This document shows, one piece after another, positions 1 to 13,907 of a stretch of 64,000 nt of DNA. The notes under the pieces are model-generated. The model searched no databases, was not told the DNA's origin, and was given only the letters and a program-made list of their open reading frames with translations. Every line of letters starts with the position of its first letter. Position 1 is the stretch's first letter. The position numbers and the translations under genes are program-made. Source of the stretch: Hydrurus foetidus (Eukaryota); contig UYFQ01000546.1 of assembly GCA_900617105.1 (NCBI GenBank), forward strand, positions 1 through 64,000. The letters run 5' to 3'.

Positions 1-60
1 GACTTTCAAGTCGTTCAGGAAATGGAGCGGATGGAACGGAACCTCTTTCACAAGCGGTAA
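1..60 (+). CDS. Possible 3' end (or internal exon) of a gene entering from the left edge
   Basis: Frame 1 reads DFQVVQEMERMERNLFHKR* (TAA 58-60). The same spot also reads G|GTAAG as a splice donor and is followed by a pyrimidine tract. Product not identifiable. Confidence 0.3.
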   Translation, partial: DFQVVQEMERMERNLFHKR

Positions 61-1231
61 GACTGCCTTGTTTGTCTTTGCCTTCGATTACAAAGTAATA
101 ATTATTAATTGTATGGGGCATATCCGGATGAACACTTTTTGCCTACCATCTGTCTCTCAGACCGTTCCCTGCCATTCATCTCCTTTTTTCCATTTCCTCT
201 TCATCAAACCCTCCCCGTTTCTCTCTCTTTTCTCCCTACCTTTTCATCACTTCTTTATCTCTTTGTCTCCTCTCTACCGCTTCATACTTTGCTATCCCTA
301 TCTCATCTCTTCACTTGTGCATCCTTCTTCCTTTCTCCATTATCCTCTTTTTCTTCTTGTATGAAATAGGATAAAATGAAAGCCGAGATGAAAGAGAGAC
401 TCCGACTAAAAAAAGAGAAAAACATTCAGATGGCCACAAAAGAGAGAGACGAAGATGAGAGAAAGAGGAGGCGCAAAGAGGGCATCGCTTGACATCGTTT
501 AGATTATCTCTCGCCCACTCGGTTGTTTTTTTTGTTTTCTGCGACATTGATTAAGTAACACTCTCATGATTTGAACGTGCTTCGCCGATAGCTTTATGAT
601 GGTAAATTGATTTGTCGTCAAGATCTTCGTCAGGACTTTTGCTTCCCGTTAATTCGGTCGTATCATAAATTGCATCCTGAAATCGGTACGTAGGAAATAC
701 TCATGTCTGAACCACTTTTGAAAAAAAACATTTGCTAAACAATGAACACGGTGCACGGTGCTCGGTGCTATGTCTAGTACTGTGTAATGTGTGATGTACC
801 GTACGCTGTACGTGCTGCCCACCGTCTACACCGCAAAATGCAGGAACAGCCGGAGACGTTTCGTCATTCCTTCAAGATCTTAAACAGAGTCGGTCTCGTC
901 TCTTGGTTCTACCATGTCTCAAGTCTGCATCATCGGCAACTCACATCCCAGTGATCCCAGCAGGAGAACTGGACGAACGTGATCACTGACTGCTCGAAGT
1001 GGAACACGAGGGTTGCCGTTGGGTAAAGTGTGATGTGAATTCCTTCATCGGGACATTGACAATCTTCTGAGCCACCCTCATAACTACCTCGTCCCGGTGC
1101 AGAGAAGTTAATCACTTTGGATCTGTGACGAGGGTTTATGAGATATCAATTGTAAGTCAAGCGGACCCACTCATTCTCATCAGGGGCGTTTCAGTCTGCC
1201 GGACGGAAACTGATCTCGTTAAGCAACTGTA

Positions 1232-2248
1232 ATGTCGCAGTCTCAGTTTTCGAATCTTCCACAGATTATAATTCTTTCTATCATGGAGTATGCTCTGATA
1301 CTATCGATGACTCGGTATTACCAACTCCATCGTCATAGTAAACTAAAGGCTCATGCCTCTATTACTCCAAAGATGGATGCCGAGATTGGCAGTGAGATGA
1401 AGTCGCTGGCATCGATGGACATCGATGAATTTAACGTCAAGTTCCACGAAACATATGAGAGTCACTCTTTACCTCTTACTTACGCTTTACTGATTACAAG
1501 ATTGATTTCGCTTGGATACATCCTGGGCGTAGCTGTGATTGCTGAGTACATTTTGACCACACCAAATTGGTTTTATTTCACAAACTGGAATACGAAGCTT
1601 ATATCACTGTATTTCTTGATCTCAACTATTAATTCCGTGGTTGGTTTGTGCGCCTTACGAAAATCGAAGTATCCAGAATTTGTGGGTGATGCAAAGCATG
1701 GATATGAAGTGGAAAGCATTTCAGAGCAACCTCCAAAACCTTTGTATGCAGATTTTGTACACTGCTTATTTGAGGTCTGTGGAGGCACTTCTATTCTTAT
1801 TGCTGTGGTGGATTTCACTATACTCAACAGAAATTTAGAGTTTTGGAACTTGTCTTGCCACTTAGCAACGGTCGTTTGCTTGATGGCAGAAATGTCCCTG
1901 AACACATTTTACGTGCGTCTCGATCACTTTGTCCTAAATGTTTCATGGGCATTTATTTATTTGATAGTAGTGTGGATTTTTGTGTATAACAATCTCGAGC
2001 CTTGGCCGTATAATTTCATGGATACCTCTACGGCTTCCTGCTACGTCGCATACACAGCACTCGTTTTGGGAAACTTTATCTTCTATTGCATCTGGTACTC
2101 TATATCTGAGTTGAAGAGAGTAATCGTCTCATGGGGAAGAGACAACGGTATGTCCCTGTGCACCAGGGAAAGTGCCATTACTAGATTTGCGTACTTACCC
2201 GTTACTGACAGAGAGGAGAGTGATGGAAAATATTATAGAACCAACTAA
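1232..2248 (+). CDS. Multi-pass membrane protein, rolling stone / FAR-17a-AIG1-like family (true start may be MDAEIG at ~1372)
   Basis: Intronless ORF with about 6 hydrophobic segments and the motifs WFYFTNWN, CHLAT and PWPYNFMD, resembling the YLTNW..H..P-Y-FLD pattern of this family. Confidence 0.65.
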   Translation: MSQSQFSNLPQIIILSIMEYALILSMTRYYQLHRHSKLKAHASITPKMDAEIGSEMKSLASMDIDEFNVKFHETYESHSLPLTYALLITRLISLGYILGVAVIAEYILTTPNWFYFTNWNTKLISLYFLISTINSVVGLCALRKSKYPEFVGDAKHGYEVESISEQPPKPLYADFVHCLFEVCGGTSILIAVVDFTILNRNLEFWNLSCHLATVVCLMAEMSLNTFYVRLDHFVLNVSWAFIYLIVVWIFVYNNLEPWPYNFMDTSTASCYVAYTALVLGNFIFYCIWYSISELKRVIVSWGRDNGMSLCTRESAITRFAYLPVTDREESDGKYYRTN

Positions 2249-2660
2249 TTATGCCGTAGTTCCGCCCTTATTAACTTACCGTTCCCTCCTACCTTGAGAT
2301 CAAGTCCAAGCTCCTTCTGCACTTTCCTACATCACTTTCTCTCACATCTTTTCTTTTTCTCTACATTTCTGTGTTATTACTCGCACAGCAGCTGGGGTTG
2401 CGAGATTTTGGCTTAGTACGTTCGCTCCTATAGATAGCTTTGCTTTGCTTTGCTAGTTTCCTTTTCTTCCTCCCTTTTCTCCTCTTCACTACACTTTTCT
2501 TTTCTTTTCTTCCTATTTCTTCCCTTTTTGTCGCTGCATTACACTATATTCTGACTGCATGAATTTTAAAGTCTCTTATCTGCAATTATTCCTCATTATG
2601 TAAACGCATTCTACTTCACCTAAATCATAGATCAAATCAAATCCAATTTTATTTTACTTC

Positions 2661-4346
2661 TTATTTTTTATTACGCGATATTGCAATATACGTTGCGTCA
2701 ATTACGTCATCAGAATTCAAGAATGTCAAAGTATTACCCAAAGGGTTGTACGTATTTGCCGCTCCTATCACACTCCAGTTCACACTTCCTCGGTGAATGT
2801 TCTTGAGGAACGTTCCTTGGCTGTGTAGTTGGACAGCAAATGCGTTCAATGGAGCTGTATTGAGTTTGCATACGTCAGCGAATATGACGGAATGCAGGGA
2901 GGGAGAAGAGAGCAACAGAGCTTCAAGTTGAGTTGGCAAGTGAGAGATACACGGGCAGTCAATTACTGCTATGACTTCTATTTCTTTCTCTGTGCTTGAT
3001 GCGGCTGTGAGTGGAGTCGTGTCTGAGGGTGAGTTGGCCTTATCAGCATCAACACTGTGATTTGACTGATTTGATTTCTTCATCTTGTCGACAGCAAGCA
3101 ACGATGTTGGCACTCCATTTCCATACGTCACAATAGCAATCGTCATACTCCGATTAATTTCAACATTATCCTTCTCATTGCTTTGCTTTTCTTCACGCCT
3201 GTGATACACTATAATGTCGCTGAAAGAAAGTTCATCTTGATCTGTAGAGGGGTATACAGTGAGCCACTCACCATCCCTCACATCATCTGCGACATGCCGT
3301 CTGTTCAACAGATCGGTGCTGTCAACTGCCATCACTACTCTCCCCTCTCTCACCTGCCTCATCGCATACCTCACACCCCTAACATAATCTGTCCCATTAC
3401 TGTAACACACCACATCAAGTCCAGGCGGGAGAGGAATGCTGTTATGTGTATGAAAATTCCCACCGAATATTCCCTTATCAAATCCCTGTAGCCTGATCAT
3501 CATACCAGCTGCTTGCTTTCCGTTACTCAGCCAGCACGCACTTACAGCTTCTAAGAACATGTCAGATGCACAGTCTAAGTATTTCGCATACGGTATTTCC
3601 ACTATTGGTACCAAACCTTCATTTATATGAGAAAAATATGAGAAATAAATACCAAATATTCATAATTCAGTGCAGATCATGCTGAAATAAACATTGAGAA
3701 TCTCTATGGAGGTACACAGTCATGAACACCAATGCAAGACACACATTTAGTGAATGAATACAGCAACCAATCTCACGAATATAGGGCCTTCATATGGTAC
3801 ACGAGTAACTCAGACATAATAGCACAGCACATTTCTCACACATCATACTGTTACATAGTCATTGACTTGATACACAGGCCTATGTAAGACATCAAAAACA
3901 GAGGAAAGAGATGAAACAAGTGCACTGTCTAGAGTCTCACCTGACTGACTGTATCCTATTGCAACTCCCATCAAAGACGTTTCATCGGGGGGGAAATCTC
4001 TAACCCTGGGGTACGAAGGAAAGGGTGTAGTGACATGTACTGTGTGTGTCATTAGAGGTGTGCGGGATGTTGTGTATTATGTGTGGCGTGTGGCGTGTGT
4101 GTGTGTGTATGTGTGTGTGCGTGTGTGTGCGTGTGTGTGGTGTGTGCGTCTGTGGTGTGTGTGTGTATGTATGTATGTATGTATGTTTGTGTGTGTGTGT
4201 GTGAGTGAGTGAGTGAGTGAGTGAGTGAGTGAGTGAGTGAAGTGAGTGAGTGAGTGAGTGATGAGTGAAATAGTGAAATGAGTGATGAAGTGTGAGAGAG
4301 TGAGTAAATGAGTGAGTGTGAGTGAGTGAGTGTGTGTAGTGGTGTG

Positions 4347-4377
<31 letters not shown>

Positions 4378-6909
4378 TGTGTGTGGTGTGTGTGTGTGTG
4401 TGGTGTGTGTGTGCGTGTGGGAGGTGCATTCATCCATAGCGATAGTAAGTGATCATATCAAGTAGGGGAACATTGCGAATGTGTGATTTGATACGTCATG
4501 CCACAAGTGCATTTGATGGACACAAGTGCGATGTAATATGATACAACATGATATGATGTGACGTGATGTGATGTGACACTGTATGATGTGAATCGATACG
4601 ACGTGATATGATGAGATACGCTATGGTGATGAGATGTGCTGTGATAAATCGTGATCTTCAATATTGTGATTTGACATTAAGCTGTATAATATGATATCAC
4701 CTTAAAGGATGTTTCGCTGCCAGTCCCTCCGTGACAAGGTAGTACCCCCCATGCTGCACATCCTCTCCGATGTACACCACATCTTCGTACGTGCTGAGCA
4801 ACTCATCATACAGACGTGTCATGTGTTTTCGCATGGAATTGAGTTCTGGGTCTGAAGACTTTTTATTTCCTTCTTTTTCTTTTTCTTTTCCTATTTCTTT
4901 CAAATTATGTGTTACTGAATCTATTTTGTTCAGTATCTCTTCGCCCCCATCCCGACCCCCTGATTCTTGTGATCTCTTTAAGGACGAAATGTTCTGCGTC
5001 ATCATAGGAACATTCGGAGACCATCTATATTCGAAAGTGGAGTCCATTGTACTAGTCAAAACAGAAACGGTACTATTCTCCCTTTTTGTGAGGCTCGCAA
5101 TATCTTCACCCCCTGTACGATTAACGGATTTCTTTTTCGGTAAAAGCGTTACACTATTGCTTTTAATTAATTCTTCTCTTGATGATATTTTCGGTTCATT
5201 CACAGCTCGGTCGAAAGCCCCCTCAACGTCTCTCTGAATTTCTTCAAATCTCTCCGCTAGATATGCATGTGTCACCAGCCCAGCAGCTGCGGCATCGCAA
5301 CACGCGTCTCAAGAGGCATATAGATTAGAATGATAGGAAGTATCAGAACAAGAGCAAGAATGAAAATGAGATAATTGTCAGTAAGATGAGTCAATTTTGA
5401 GTACATGAATACTAATCTTCCAAACAACACGATGATACACGACTGCATTTTTCAAGAGGAACCTCGTAGAAAATTGATTTGTAAATTGTTCCATATACAG
5501 TTTTGAGCCGTACGTGCGTACGTACGTACCTCCCAGTGGATCTCTCTCTGCAGTGCTTTGAATTTCCTCATTCGTCATGTACGCTGTCTGTCTGTCCGTT
5601 GCAGCATGTCCGAACCTTCTTGGAACGTTCTGGAACAATAACAATGACGGTCTGCTCTTCGACCTACCCAATTTGTCATTTTTATCCAGTAAAACTAAAT
5701 CAGACATTAGACCAGAAAGCGAACTCAAGAGGTATTGTAGACACTTTGTGATGGTGCTACATCCATTTAGACGCTATTTCAGATTTACAATTTACCTTGA
5801 AAAATCTATTGCTGCTTTTGACTGTATTATTACATCCGCTAAGTTTGAACCATCTGCGATAAATTGCGACACACCGCATTGTTCCACATACTTTTGAATC
5901 CATCCATGTCCGTTAAGAGAAATGCATTTCTCATTGTCGGATATTGCGAATACCACTGCACACTGTAAAAATGAAAAAAAATGAGAAAAGTGCGAGTATT
6001 TCCATGAAAATTAAATTGCGCTGTCGATAATCACAAATAATTTGCATCCTTTTAGAAGATTTTCGTGTTTTGCTTATATTACCTTAATCCCTCTGTGCTG
6101 TGAATATTTGGCGAGATTTAGAGCTGTTAAGAAGTGAGCATTATTCACGCTACCATCACCAAGACTGACATAAGATATCGCATCTGACGGAAATTTCGGA
6201 CCTCCAGAAATAATTCCATCTGTTATTCCTTTATGGGATGAAAGCAGAATGTTCGAGAGGGGTATTGCCAGAGCTCTACCAACAGCTGACGGAGCCTGAG
6301 ATGCAAGAGTTGATGTTACGTTGAACTCAAAGGGAGAGCCACCGATGGAGCAGTGCTTACCCCCAGTAACTGGGTCTAATGAAGAACAAACATAGCCTCT
6401 GGCCCGTGACAAAGCTATCTCCGAGATAGATTTGCCGCTCATCATTTGACGAGTGATAGATGTTGCGACGTGGCGATAATGAAGAGCGCTGGCGTCAGTA
6501 GCTCGTAGATGTAGAGCGACAGCGCCTAAAAGCTCCTCACCACATGGACCAATTGTATAGAACCCCAAACCCAAGCTAGAGGCTATCCTAGCCTCGCTGA
6601 ATAGTATTAACATCGATTGTAAGCTTTTTAAAGAAGTCGAAACTTATCGAGGCACAGAAGTGCGTTCAATTGGATAATTAAGTACCAGTGAAGCAGAAAA
6701 GTAAGGATTCCAGCATCGACAACTCTTTTTACATCTCCTTCAGGCAGACTAAGAAGGAAGTTGTCTCTGTCGTCGCTGTATATCTTCCTATCATAAGAGC
6801 TCGATAACTTTTGACGAAATTTCTCTCGATATTTCACTTCTGTCAATTTTGCGATCTCCACCGAATTCTTTATTCTGAGCTGCGGAAAGCTGAGCTGAGG
6901 AACCCTCAT
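2661..6909 (-). CDS. Fused E1 alpha+beta 2-oxoacid (branched-chain/2-oxoisovalerate-type) dehydrogenase, TPP-dependent; 7 exons approx. 6909-6686, 6596-6083, 5962-5796, 5663-5530, 5307-4701, 4005-3941, 3616-2661
   Basis: Alpha motifs GFYTIGPCGEE, LHYRH, DPVTGGKH, TSTLASQ, TPP motif GDGSVNN..SDN and RRFGHAATD. Beta motifs YIGEDVQHGGYYLVTEGL, RVRDFPPDETSL, PIVEIPYAKYLDC and GGNFHTHN. GT-AG junctions join in frame. Confidence 0.88.
4040..4420. repeat. Compound (GT)n/(GAGT)n microsatellite inside a dehydrogenase intron
   Basis: Directly visible; source of the spurious HTHT ORFs. Confidence 0.95.
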
Positions 6910-7322
6910 GGCTTGGATTGCTATCGACGTTGATTAATCATTTTGTAGTTCAACTTGCGAAGTTCAGGGAAGCTGTTTCGAAGTGAAGTGGAATGCCGCT
7001 ACCCTCCCAGCTTTCAAAATAAAAAACAAAAGTGTTACAGAAGTTGTACCGTACTGTTCGGAGCACGGACGTTCTATCCTCGAAGTGCCATCTTTTTTAG
7101 TAGTGACACTGACAGTAGTCATAATGATAACGATAATGAAGTCCGACGATAGGGTTATGAGTGCGCAGGTAAGAATGATAATCCACTGTCTAGATATCTG
7201 TAAGAATGATATCTATCTTTTTAATTGAGAGTATCTTCCAATCTCATTTCAATTTTTCTCAAACTCGATGCAGCCATGCTTAAGGTAAAAGAAAAGAATT
7301 TAGATTTCAGAATTCACAAGTT

Positions 7323-7733
7323 TTATTTTGGAATATCAATGGTATCTGATTTTTGATGGTCACCAATTTTAGGAGATACTTTATCGTGGCAGATGATAAC
7401 TTTTTCAGGCATTAAATTTTCAAACAAAAACTCCAATTTTTGGGCACTCATTTTCGAAAATTTAGTATTGTTGTCTTCTGTAATTTTGTTAATTTTCTTG
7501 AATATCCCGTTTGTCGATTCTAGTTGATGATATTTTCTCTCCCAATCTTTAATAACTTTTTTCTGCTCCCTTCCTCTGGTAAGCTGAATCGTTGCAAAAG
7601 GGCTACGGCGTATGAATTGTCGTGGGTCATCTGCAAAGTGAGTGTAGAGACTGTATTTATAACTCAATGCTGATGTGTGCGTGTGCGTGTGTGTGTGTGT
7701 GTGTGTATCTATGTGTGTGTGTGCGTATGTATG

Positions 7734-7766
<33 letters not shown>

Positions 7767-8814
7767 ATCTATATGTATGTGTGCGTAGGAATGTATCTTT
7801 GTGTGTGTGCGTGAATGTGTGTGCATTTGTGTGTATGTGTGCATATTTGTGTGTGCATACATGTGTGAGAAAGAGTGTGTGCGTGCGTGAGAGAGTGTGT
7901 GTATGTGTGAGAGTGTGGTGTTAGGAGAGGGAAGCAAGTTACGGCCCAGTCAGGCTTACGATCATCATTGTTTGGAAAAAGCAAAAGGCATGGACATCGA
8001 CACATAACATCAGTGATTACACGAATTACTCACCTTCTAAGTAAAGAGGGTTTTCAGCCTTCGGATGGAACATATCCATTTTGATGTGCCCTTCTTCAAG
8101 CATGATTCTCAGTGATTCAGTTTGCGTCATAAACTGAAACATCTCCTGAAATGCGATGTAATTTCCTCGGTTCGGGAAAATTATCAACTTTACAGATACT
8201 TCTCTTTCAACTACCAAGTGTTGAGCATGAAGGGTTACATATTCTGATGGTACAAATAATCCCAGTGTCTGAGCCACATGCAAAGTTTGTCTCCCCTCAA
8301 ATGCGGAAGCATAAGGACATAGATTCATTCCAACAATGCATTCTTTGATCCATTTCTCAGTAGCCGATATAGCCTGCTCGTTGGTGAAAAGCAAAGCCTG
8401 AGGTTTGGCTAGTTTATTTTTTTCTTCTAGTTTATTAACTTTTTCAATCAGCTGTTCTTCTGTAATCTCCTTGTCAAGATACTGATTAAACCACTTCTGC
8501 TCGGAAGCGTTGCCTATTCTGCGCTGACTGAAGGATGGAACAGCCTCGACGCCTTTGATCTTCTGCATTAACTGGTAAGGAGTAAGACTAGTTAATCTCT
8601 CGCTCGTCTCGTTGGTGGATGAGAATCGAGCTTTGGTAGCAGTAGAATTCTTCTGAAAGACAGCAACAGATGGTGTAGCCCAACACAATGTAACTTGGTT
8701 TCTTCGCTCTATAGATACAGCTGCTCCTCTAGAAATTCCCAACATATGATGTCCATGGGTCTCGCGAATTGCCCAATTTCTTACGACAGCAATACGACTT
8801 GTTGAAAGCGCCAT
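7323..8814 (-). CDS. DUF1415-family protein with N-terminal extension (possible organellar presequence); exons 8814-8034 and 7630-7323
   Basis: WIKECIVGMNLCPYA, FHP and, after splicing, EDDPRQFIRRSPFATIQLTR match the W..vivglNLCPFA / FHP / RSP pattern of DUF1415. The phase-1 GTGAG..GCAG intron restores the frame. Confidence 0.78.
7673..7918. repeat. (GT)n/(GTAT)n microsatellite in the DUF1415 intron
   Basis: Directly visible. Confidence 0.95.
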
Positions 8815-9120
8815 GATACAATAGGAAGTAGCTCAATTTTTGACCACCTTGTTAGGACAAAGCAGCATTCCATTGACAACTTAGGAAATGATTGGCAGCT
8901 TGGCAAGATGTTGTTGGCAGGGTATTCTGCCATCAACAGTCTACAGGACAATATCAGTCTACCCGCTGATACCTGCTTGGTGCACGACTAATCGCTCTCC
9001 AACTTCTCATTAACTCTTCCATTAGCATCTCCAATCTGTCAACGTCCATTAGCATCTGTTTAAGAATGATCCCAATATTGATGGGACCACAATGATGTTA
9101 AGCCAAGAAAGTCAGCCACA

Positions 9121-11192
9121 ATGTTATCTCTCGCCAAGCAAATGGAATTCAAGGTGTTGGCTGTAAAAGTACGGGGGAACGACGCTTTTGCAGAAGGTTC
9201 TGCATTTACTCGCAAGCTTTCATAGATTGTGACCAACTCACAATAAAGTCTAATGTCCCGATATTTCCTGTAGGAAGTAAAGATTTGCATAGTATTCGCT
9301 GCAAAGAGTTGCTAATGAAAGCATGCGCTCTATATGGTGAAGCGATAGAGGCTGTGATGGAGTACGAGACTCAAGAAGTTGAAACTTCTGATGATGACAC
9401 AAGTGCACTTCTTCTTCTGAGACCAGTTTTATTCCTGAACTTGGCAGCATCAAATTTGAAACTTGGTGCAGCGGATGGGGCACTACAATGCTGTAACTCA
9501 GCTGTTCAGCTCTGCAATCAACCTGGCCTGCTCTACAGTGATTTAAAATCAGCAGAAGAAGATGTAATGGTGATACATCCAATGGCACCCCTGATGCAGT
9601 CAACTCTTACAAAAGCTTTATTCAGGAGAGCTCAGTGCTTTGAGGCGCTTAGCAGAGAGAAGAGAGCTCTAGAGGATTATAAATCAGCACGACAAATAAT
9701 TCCAAATGACAAAGCGGTAGAAAAAGCAATCTTCACTATTGAACAAAAGTTAGGAATACTTGAGAAGGAGAAGAAACTGGCTCACAACTGCTCTTTAGAT
9801 AGTCCCGATAGCAAAAAGAGTGACAGTTTGACTGATGAGAGCATGACTGTAAATGGTGGTGCATGTTGGATAAGGAGGGCTTTCTGGTCACAAACAGTCA
9901 CAGATGCGACTGTGTACATACCTCTCAGAACACTTACTGAGTTTCTGTCAATTGATGACGATTTGAAAAGTGGGTCAGACGGTTTAAACCATTTTTCTTC
10001 CATTTGGGACGTCCAATTTAAATGCCGATCTATCACAATGAGCAAAAACAGAAATGCCTCCAACAACGTCAACACTGCAGCATCAAATTCAGAAATTATT
10101 CTCGATTTGAAATATAATATTATAAGTAGCGAATGTACCTGGACCATGGACCTTCAAAATTCCACATGTGAAAAAAATCAAAATATTTCAACGAAAATAG
10201 GAACCTCTTCCAATCCCAGTAGCAATGAAATCAGTAGAAACGAAAGCGAAGAAGACTTCTCATGGACCTTATTACAACAGAGTATGATAGTTTTGCACAT
10301 TTCCAAAGCACCTTCTTTCGAGTGGCTTCCTGGACAAGAGGTAGAAAAATTTTCATCAAGTATTTCATCCTAAACTGCAACAGTTTTATGAAAAAATTTC
10401 TACAAACGAAAGTATTTATCATCTGAAATTGCTAGGTGGAAGTATTTACTTTCGCGCGATGGATGTAGTTTGTTTTTATTTCATCGATGTCTTCTCTCCC
10501 TTCATTGTGTTCCAATCGTGAAAATCTAATATGACGGTTGCTCTCTTGATCACACTACAATTCCGCACTCGTTAATCACTGTCTCCACTACATGAACTAC
10601 CATTTAATCCTCATATATCCGCAATAAACATCTTATCTCATACAGTGGTGGGATAGAGTGTGCGATGAAGACGAGCCCATCGACACGACTTGTTGTTCAG
10701 TGGGTGCGGATACTTCTCAACTACCGTTACAAGCGAGAATACGCGCAGAGAAAGAAAACAGAAGGTTCTTGGGTTTGTCAGATTCCGAAAGAGCGATTGA
10801 GATTGCTGCTTTAGTGAAAGCAAAAAAGGTTCGTGGAACATTTTTTTCTGCTTTATATTGTTCGATTGTTACTTGGCAGTCTAGTCTATCTATTTGTCTA
10901 CTGATATTTCTACAGCCGGTTCATCAAGTTCCACCTCAACCGCAAACTCAAAATGATACAATAGGATACAACGCAATGTAATTCAATGTGATAATCAAAT
11001 CAAATATGAAACAGTCTAACATAATTTGTCATGTTATTGGGTGCCGTACTTCAGGATATGAATGAGTCGCACGCACGTACACACCAAGCAGCCGTACAGG
11101 AGGACTCAGCTATACGGGACGTGCCGGAGAGGGCAGCCATGCTGGAAGCGATGAGGAAGGAATTCCCTCATATAGATATAACGGCTAAGTGA
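9121..11192 (+). CDS. TPR + CS(p23)/NudC-like co-chaperone; exons 9121-9195, 9274-10340, 10646-10828, 11055-11192
   Basis: TPR motifs KVRGNDAF, FLNLAASNLKLG and KALFRRAQCFEAL. CS-domain motifs WSQTVTDATVYIP, SECTWT, LHISK and WWDRVCDEDEPIDT. NudC-like tail MLEAMRKEFPHIDI*. Splice sites join in frame. Confidence 0.8.
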
Positions 11193-13907
11193 CGTGATGT
11201 GCTATGATGTAATGTGATGTGATGGTGCGAATGGATAGATTGAGGAGCTGAGCGGCGAAGTTTGGGACAGTGCTGGTCGGTTCTGCGGAAGTGTAGGGTT
11301 GAGAGTAGAGGGAGAGAGGAAAGAGAGAGAAGAGAAGAGAAGAGAAGAGAAGAGAAGAGAAGAGGAGGATGATAATGTAAATTCTGCTAGACCACTTGTG
11401 CTCACGGGACCCCACCTGTGCATAAGAACGTGTGTACCCGTATGATCAATGCTGCAATATCTGCTGTATCAGCATTGTCCACGACATCTCTCATAATTTC
11501 GGAAGTAGCTCTAGTTGAACTGACATGCCTTCTCCAAATGCCTTCACTAGAGTGTTCCTGATCCGTCCAGGAATGTGAGCAAGACAAACGTGTCCGGAAA
11601 CCATCAAAATCTTTTGTCTCTCGAGCGATTTTTCTTAGAGTCTGTCCTGCCTCGAGACAGTACATCAACATGTAGACAACTACTGTCAATCGGTGTCTCT
11701 ACGACCCAATCAAATACCCCCACCCAGGGGGTATGACACGCGGCGTTTGCACTCTTCATTAAAAAGCTGGGAAGGCATTGTGCTGCTCTAGGCGATAGCG
11801 AATGCTGCTTTTCACTGTGTGCCGTGTGTTGATGCGATGATTCAAGGTTCGCTAGTGTGCCTCAGCGCTGTCCCGACCTTACTGAACACAATTTGCAAGT
11901 ACAGTCCTTTTCATTTTCATTTTAGTACTCCACTTAGCCGTCCAATACAGCGGAGACGATGAGATTTCCAAAAACTAAAATGGGTTAGATGTCGACGGCT
12001 ATTTATTTGTTTAATTTGATGTGTAAGAAAACAAAGGAATTAAAGTAGAAAGATGCTATTATTTAGTACTACAGCAACACGTTAAGGTATTGCTCTCCCA
12101 CTATAACTCAGTTACCATAATATTTCCAAACCATTTTGAAGTGCTCCCTCCTCGATGTCACTCATAGAGGGACTCACTTACTGGATTATTCGTACGCTCT
12201 CTTATCTCAAAGGCGGGAAACAACTGTTAGTTTAAATAGGATTTTCAACCAATATGAATACTCGTCAAACTAGAGGAAAAAATTACATCGAGTAGCGACG
12301 GGAAGTGACGAAAGTCAATTGATATTTGTGAAAACTGATATGGACAGCAGAACGGCAAGGGAAGAGAATAGAATAGACTGGGATAGAAGAGGCTGAAGTA
12401 GTGCCACATTTCTATCACATCCAATTTCATTCTGTCGCAATCATTCATTTTTATTCATTTTGTGTCACTTTTTTTTCATGTTATAGATAGAAGATAAGAT
12501 AGAATAAGGTGGGATGTGAAAAATAAAAAGATGAGAGAAGGAATGTCGAGTCCGTGGACCTATCGATATTCAAATTCCAGAATCAAGATCCCCGTCAAAA
12601 AAGGTTTAGTATAGAATTCTTCGCATCGTAAAACCATCAACAGCTATGTTCGTAAATTCAAAATAGTCAAAATGACGATGAGAGTGAAAGCAGGTAGGAA
12701 AAAGACAAATAAAAAACAAAAATATGCGAGAGAAAAAAATTTACAAAAAAATTACTGTAGAAAGACTATTTTAAAATATGAAATAAACAACCTAAAATCA
12801 AGTACACAAAAATTAAATTGAAGTTGTGAATTTCAGTATCAGATACAAGCTTGTCGGAACGTTTATAGACGTACAGACGGACGTAATATCCCTCAAGAGG
12901 CTGACTGGCGGATGGGCACTGTAGTTTAACTCTCTCAAAATCACTGCAATGCGAAGCTTTTAAAAATCACCCTTGAAACCTCTTGCCTATAGGGGAGATG
13001 TACCCACATGCCATGATGACAGAAGTACCATCTAATCTCCCTCCTCACTAACGTACGTATGTGATATCTCCCTCATCACTTATCAGCCACTTGGTGCATA
13101 CGTGCATTTCATCAATAACTATCGCTCCCCACATCTTGCGCGGATTATTAATACTCTCATCCTCCTTCTATCAACCGTACACGACACCACACTTGCCGCG
13201 CAGCTTCTGTACGTGCATGGCCCACCATTCCCCTCTTAGACTCAATTATCTGTGTCGAATATAGCGTCTCCAATACAGAGTAGCCGTAGCACCATAAAGA
13301 TGATTGTCACTTAGCATACAGATAGTCGTCGGTAAACTCGGCAGACCGAGGGATGGATGGATCCTGGCCCTAGATTCCAGGTTCCCGGGTCCAGATTATG
13401 CACTGCTGATTGGATTGACAGTACAGTAACTGAAAGATAGGCTGAGTGTCTGATTGAGGTAACAGTGACTGACTGACTGACTGACTGACTGACAGGGGGT
13501 TGAAGTACATGACGTAATATTGCTCCATCTAAATGGGTCACACCGGATAGTATAGAATAGAATGAGATGAGATCGACCATCGAGCGACACGACAAGAAGT
13601 TTCCTCGTTGAAGATGGAATGGATGAATGCCTCTCTCACAACTGGAAACTACAACTCTGCCCTGTGATCTGATCTCTCTCATCGTATCCAATACGATGAC
13701 GTACGTCAAATCAGATCAAATCAAATCAACTGGAGGCGCATCTCACCACATCCCATCCCATCCCATCATATAACATTACATCGCAAAGCACAGTGCACCA
13801 CCAAATAAATCCGCTGGATGCATACCGCGTATCTTTCAAATGCCCAACATCGCCTTGAACAGCACAGGATAGAACAGGACAGGACAGAATAAAGTAGTTG
13901 AAGACTC

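Noticed and set aside
4000..4437. His/Thr-rich ORFs (also YSTVQ/YCTVL at 35639-35968 and [10 protein letters not shown] at 45855-46673)
   Set aside because: These are translations of intronic micro- and minisatellites.
7940..7975. Extra DUF1415 mini-exon (DDRKPDWA)
   Set aside because: No AG acceptor precedes it, and the flanking exons already join in frame.
11200..13900. Long gap between convergent genes as a possible ncRNA or hidden gene locus
   Set aside because: No tRNA, snRNA or rRNA signature and no convincing coding frame recognised by eye. A covariance-model search would be needed to exclude one.
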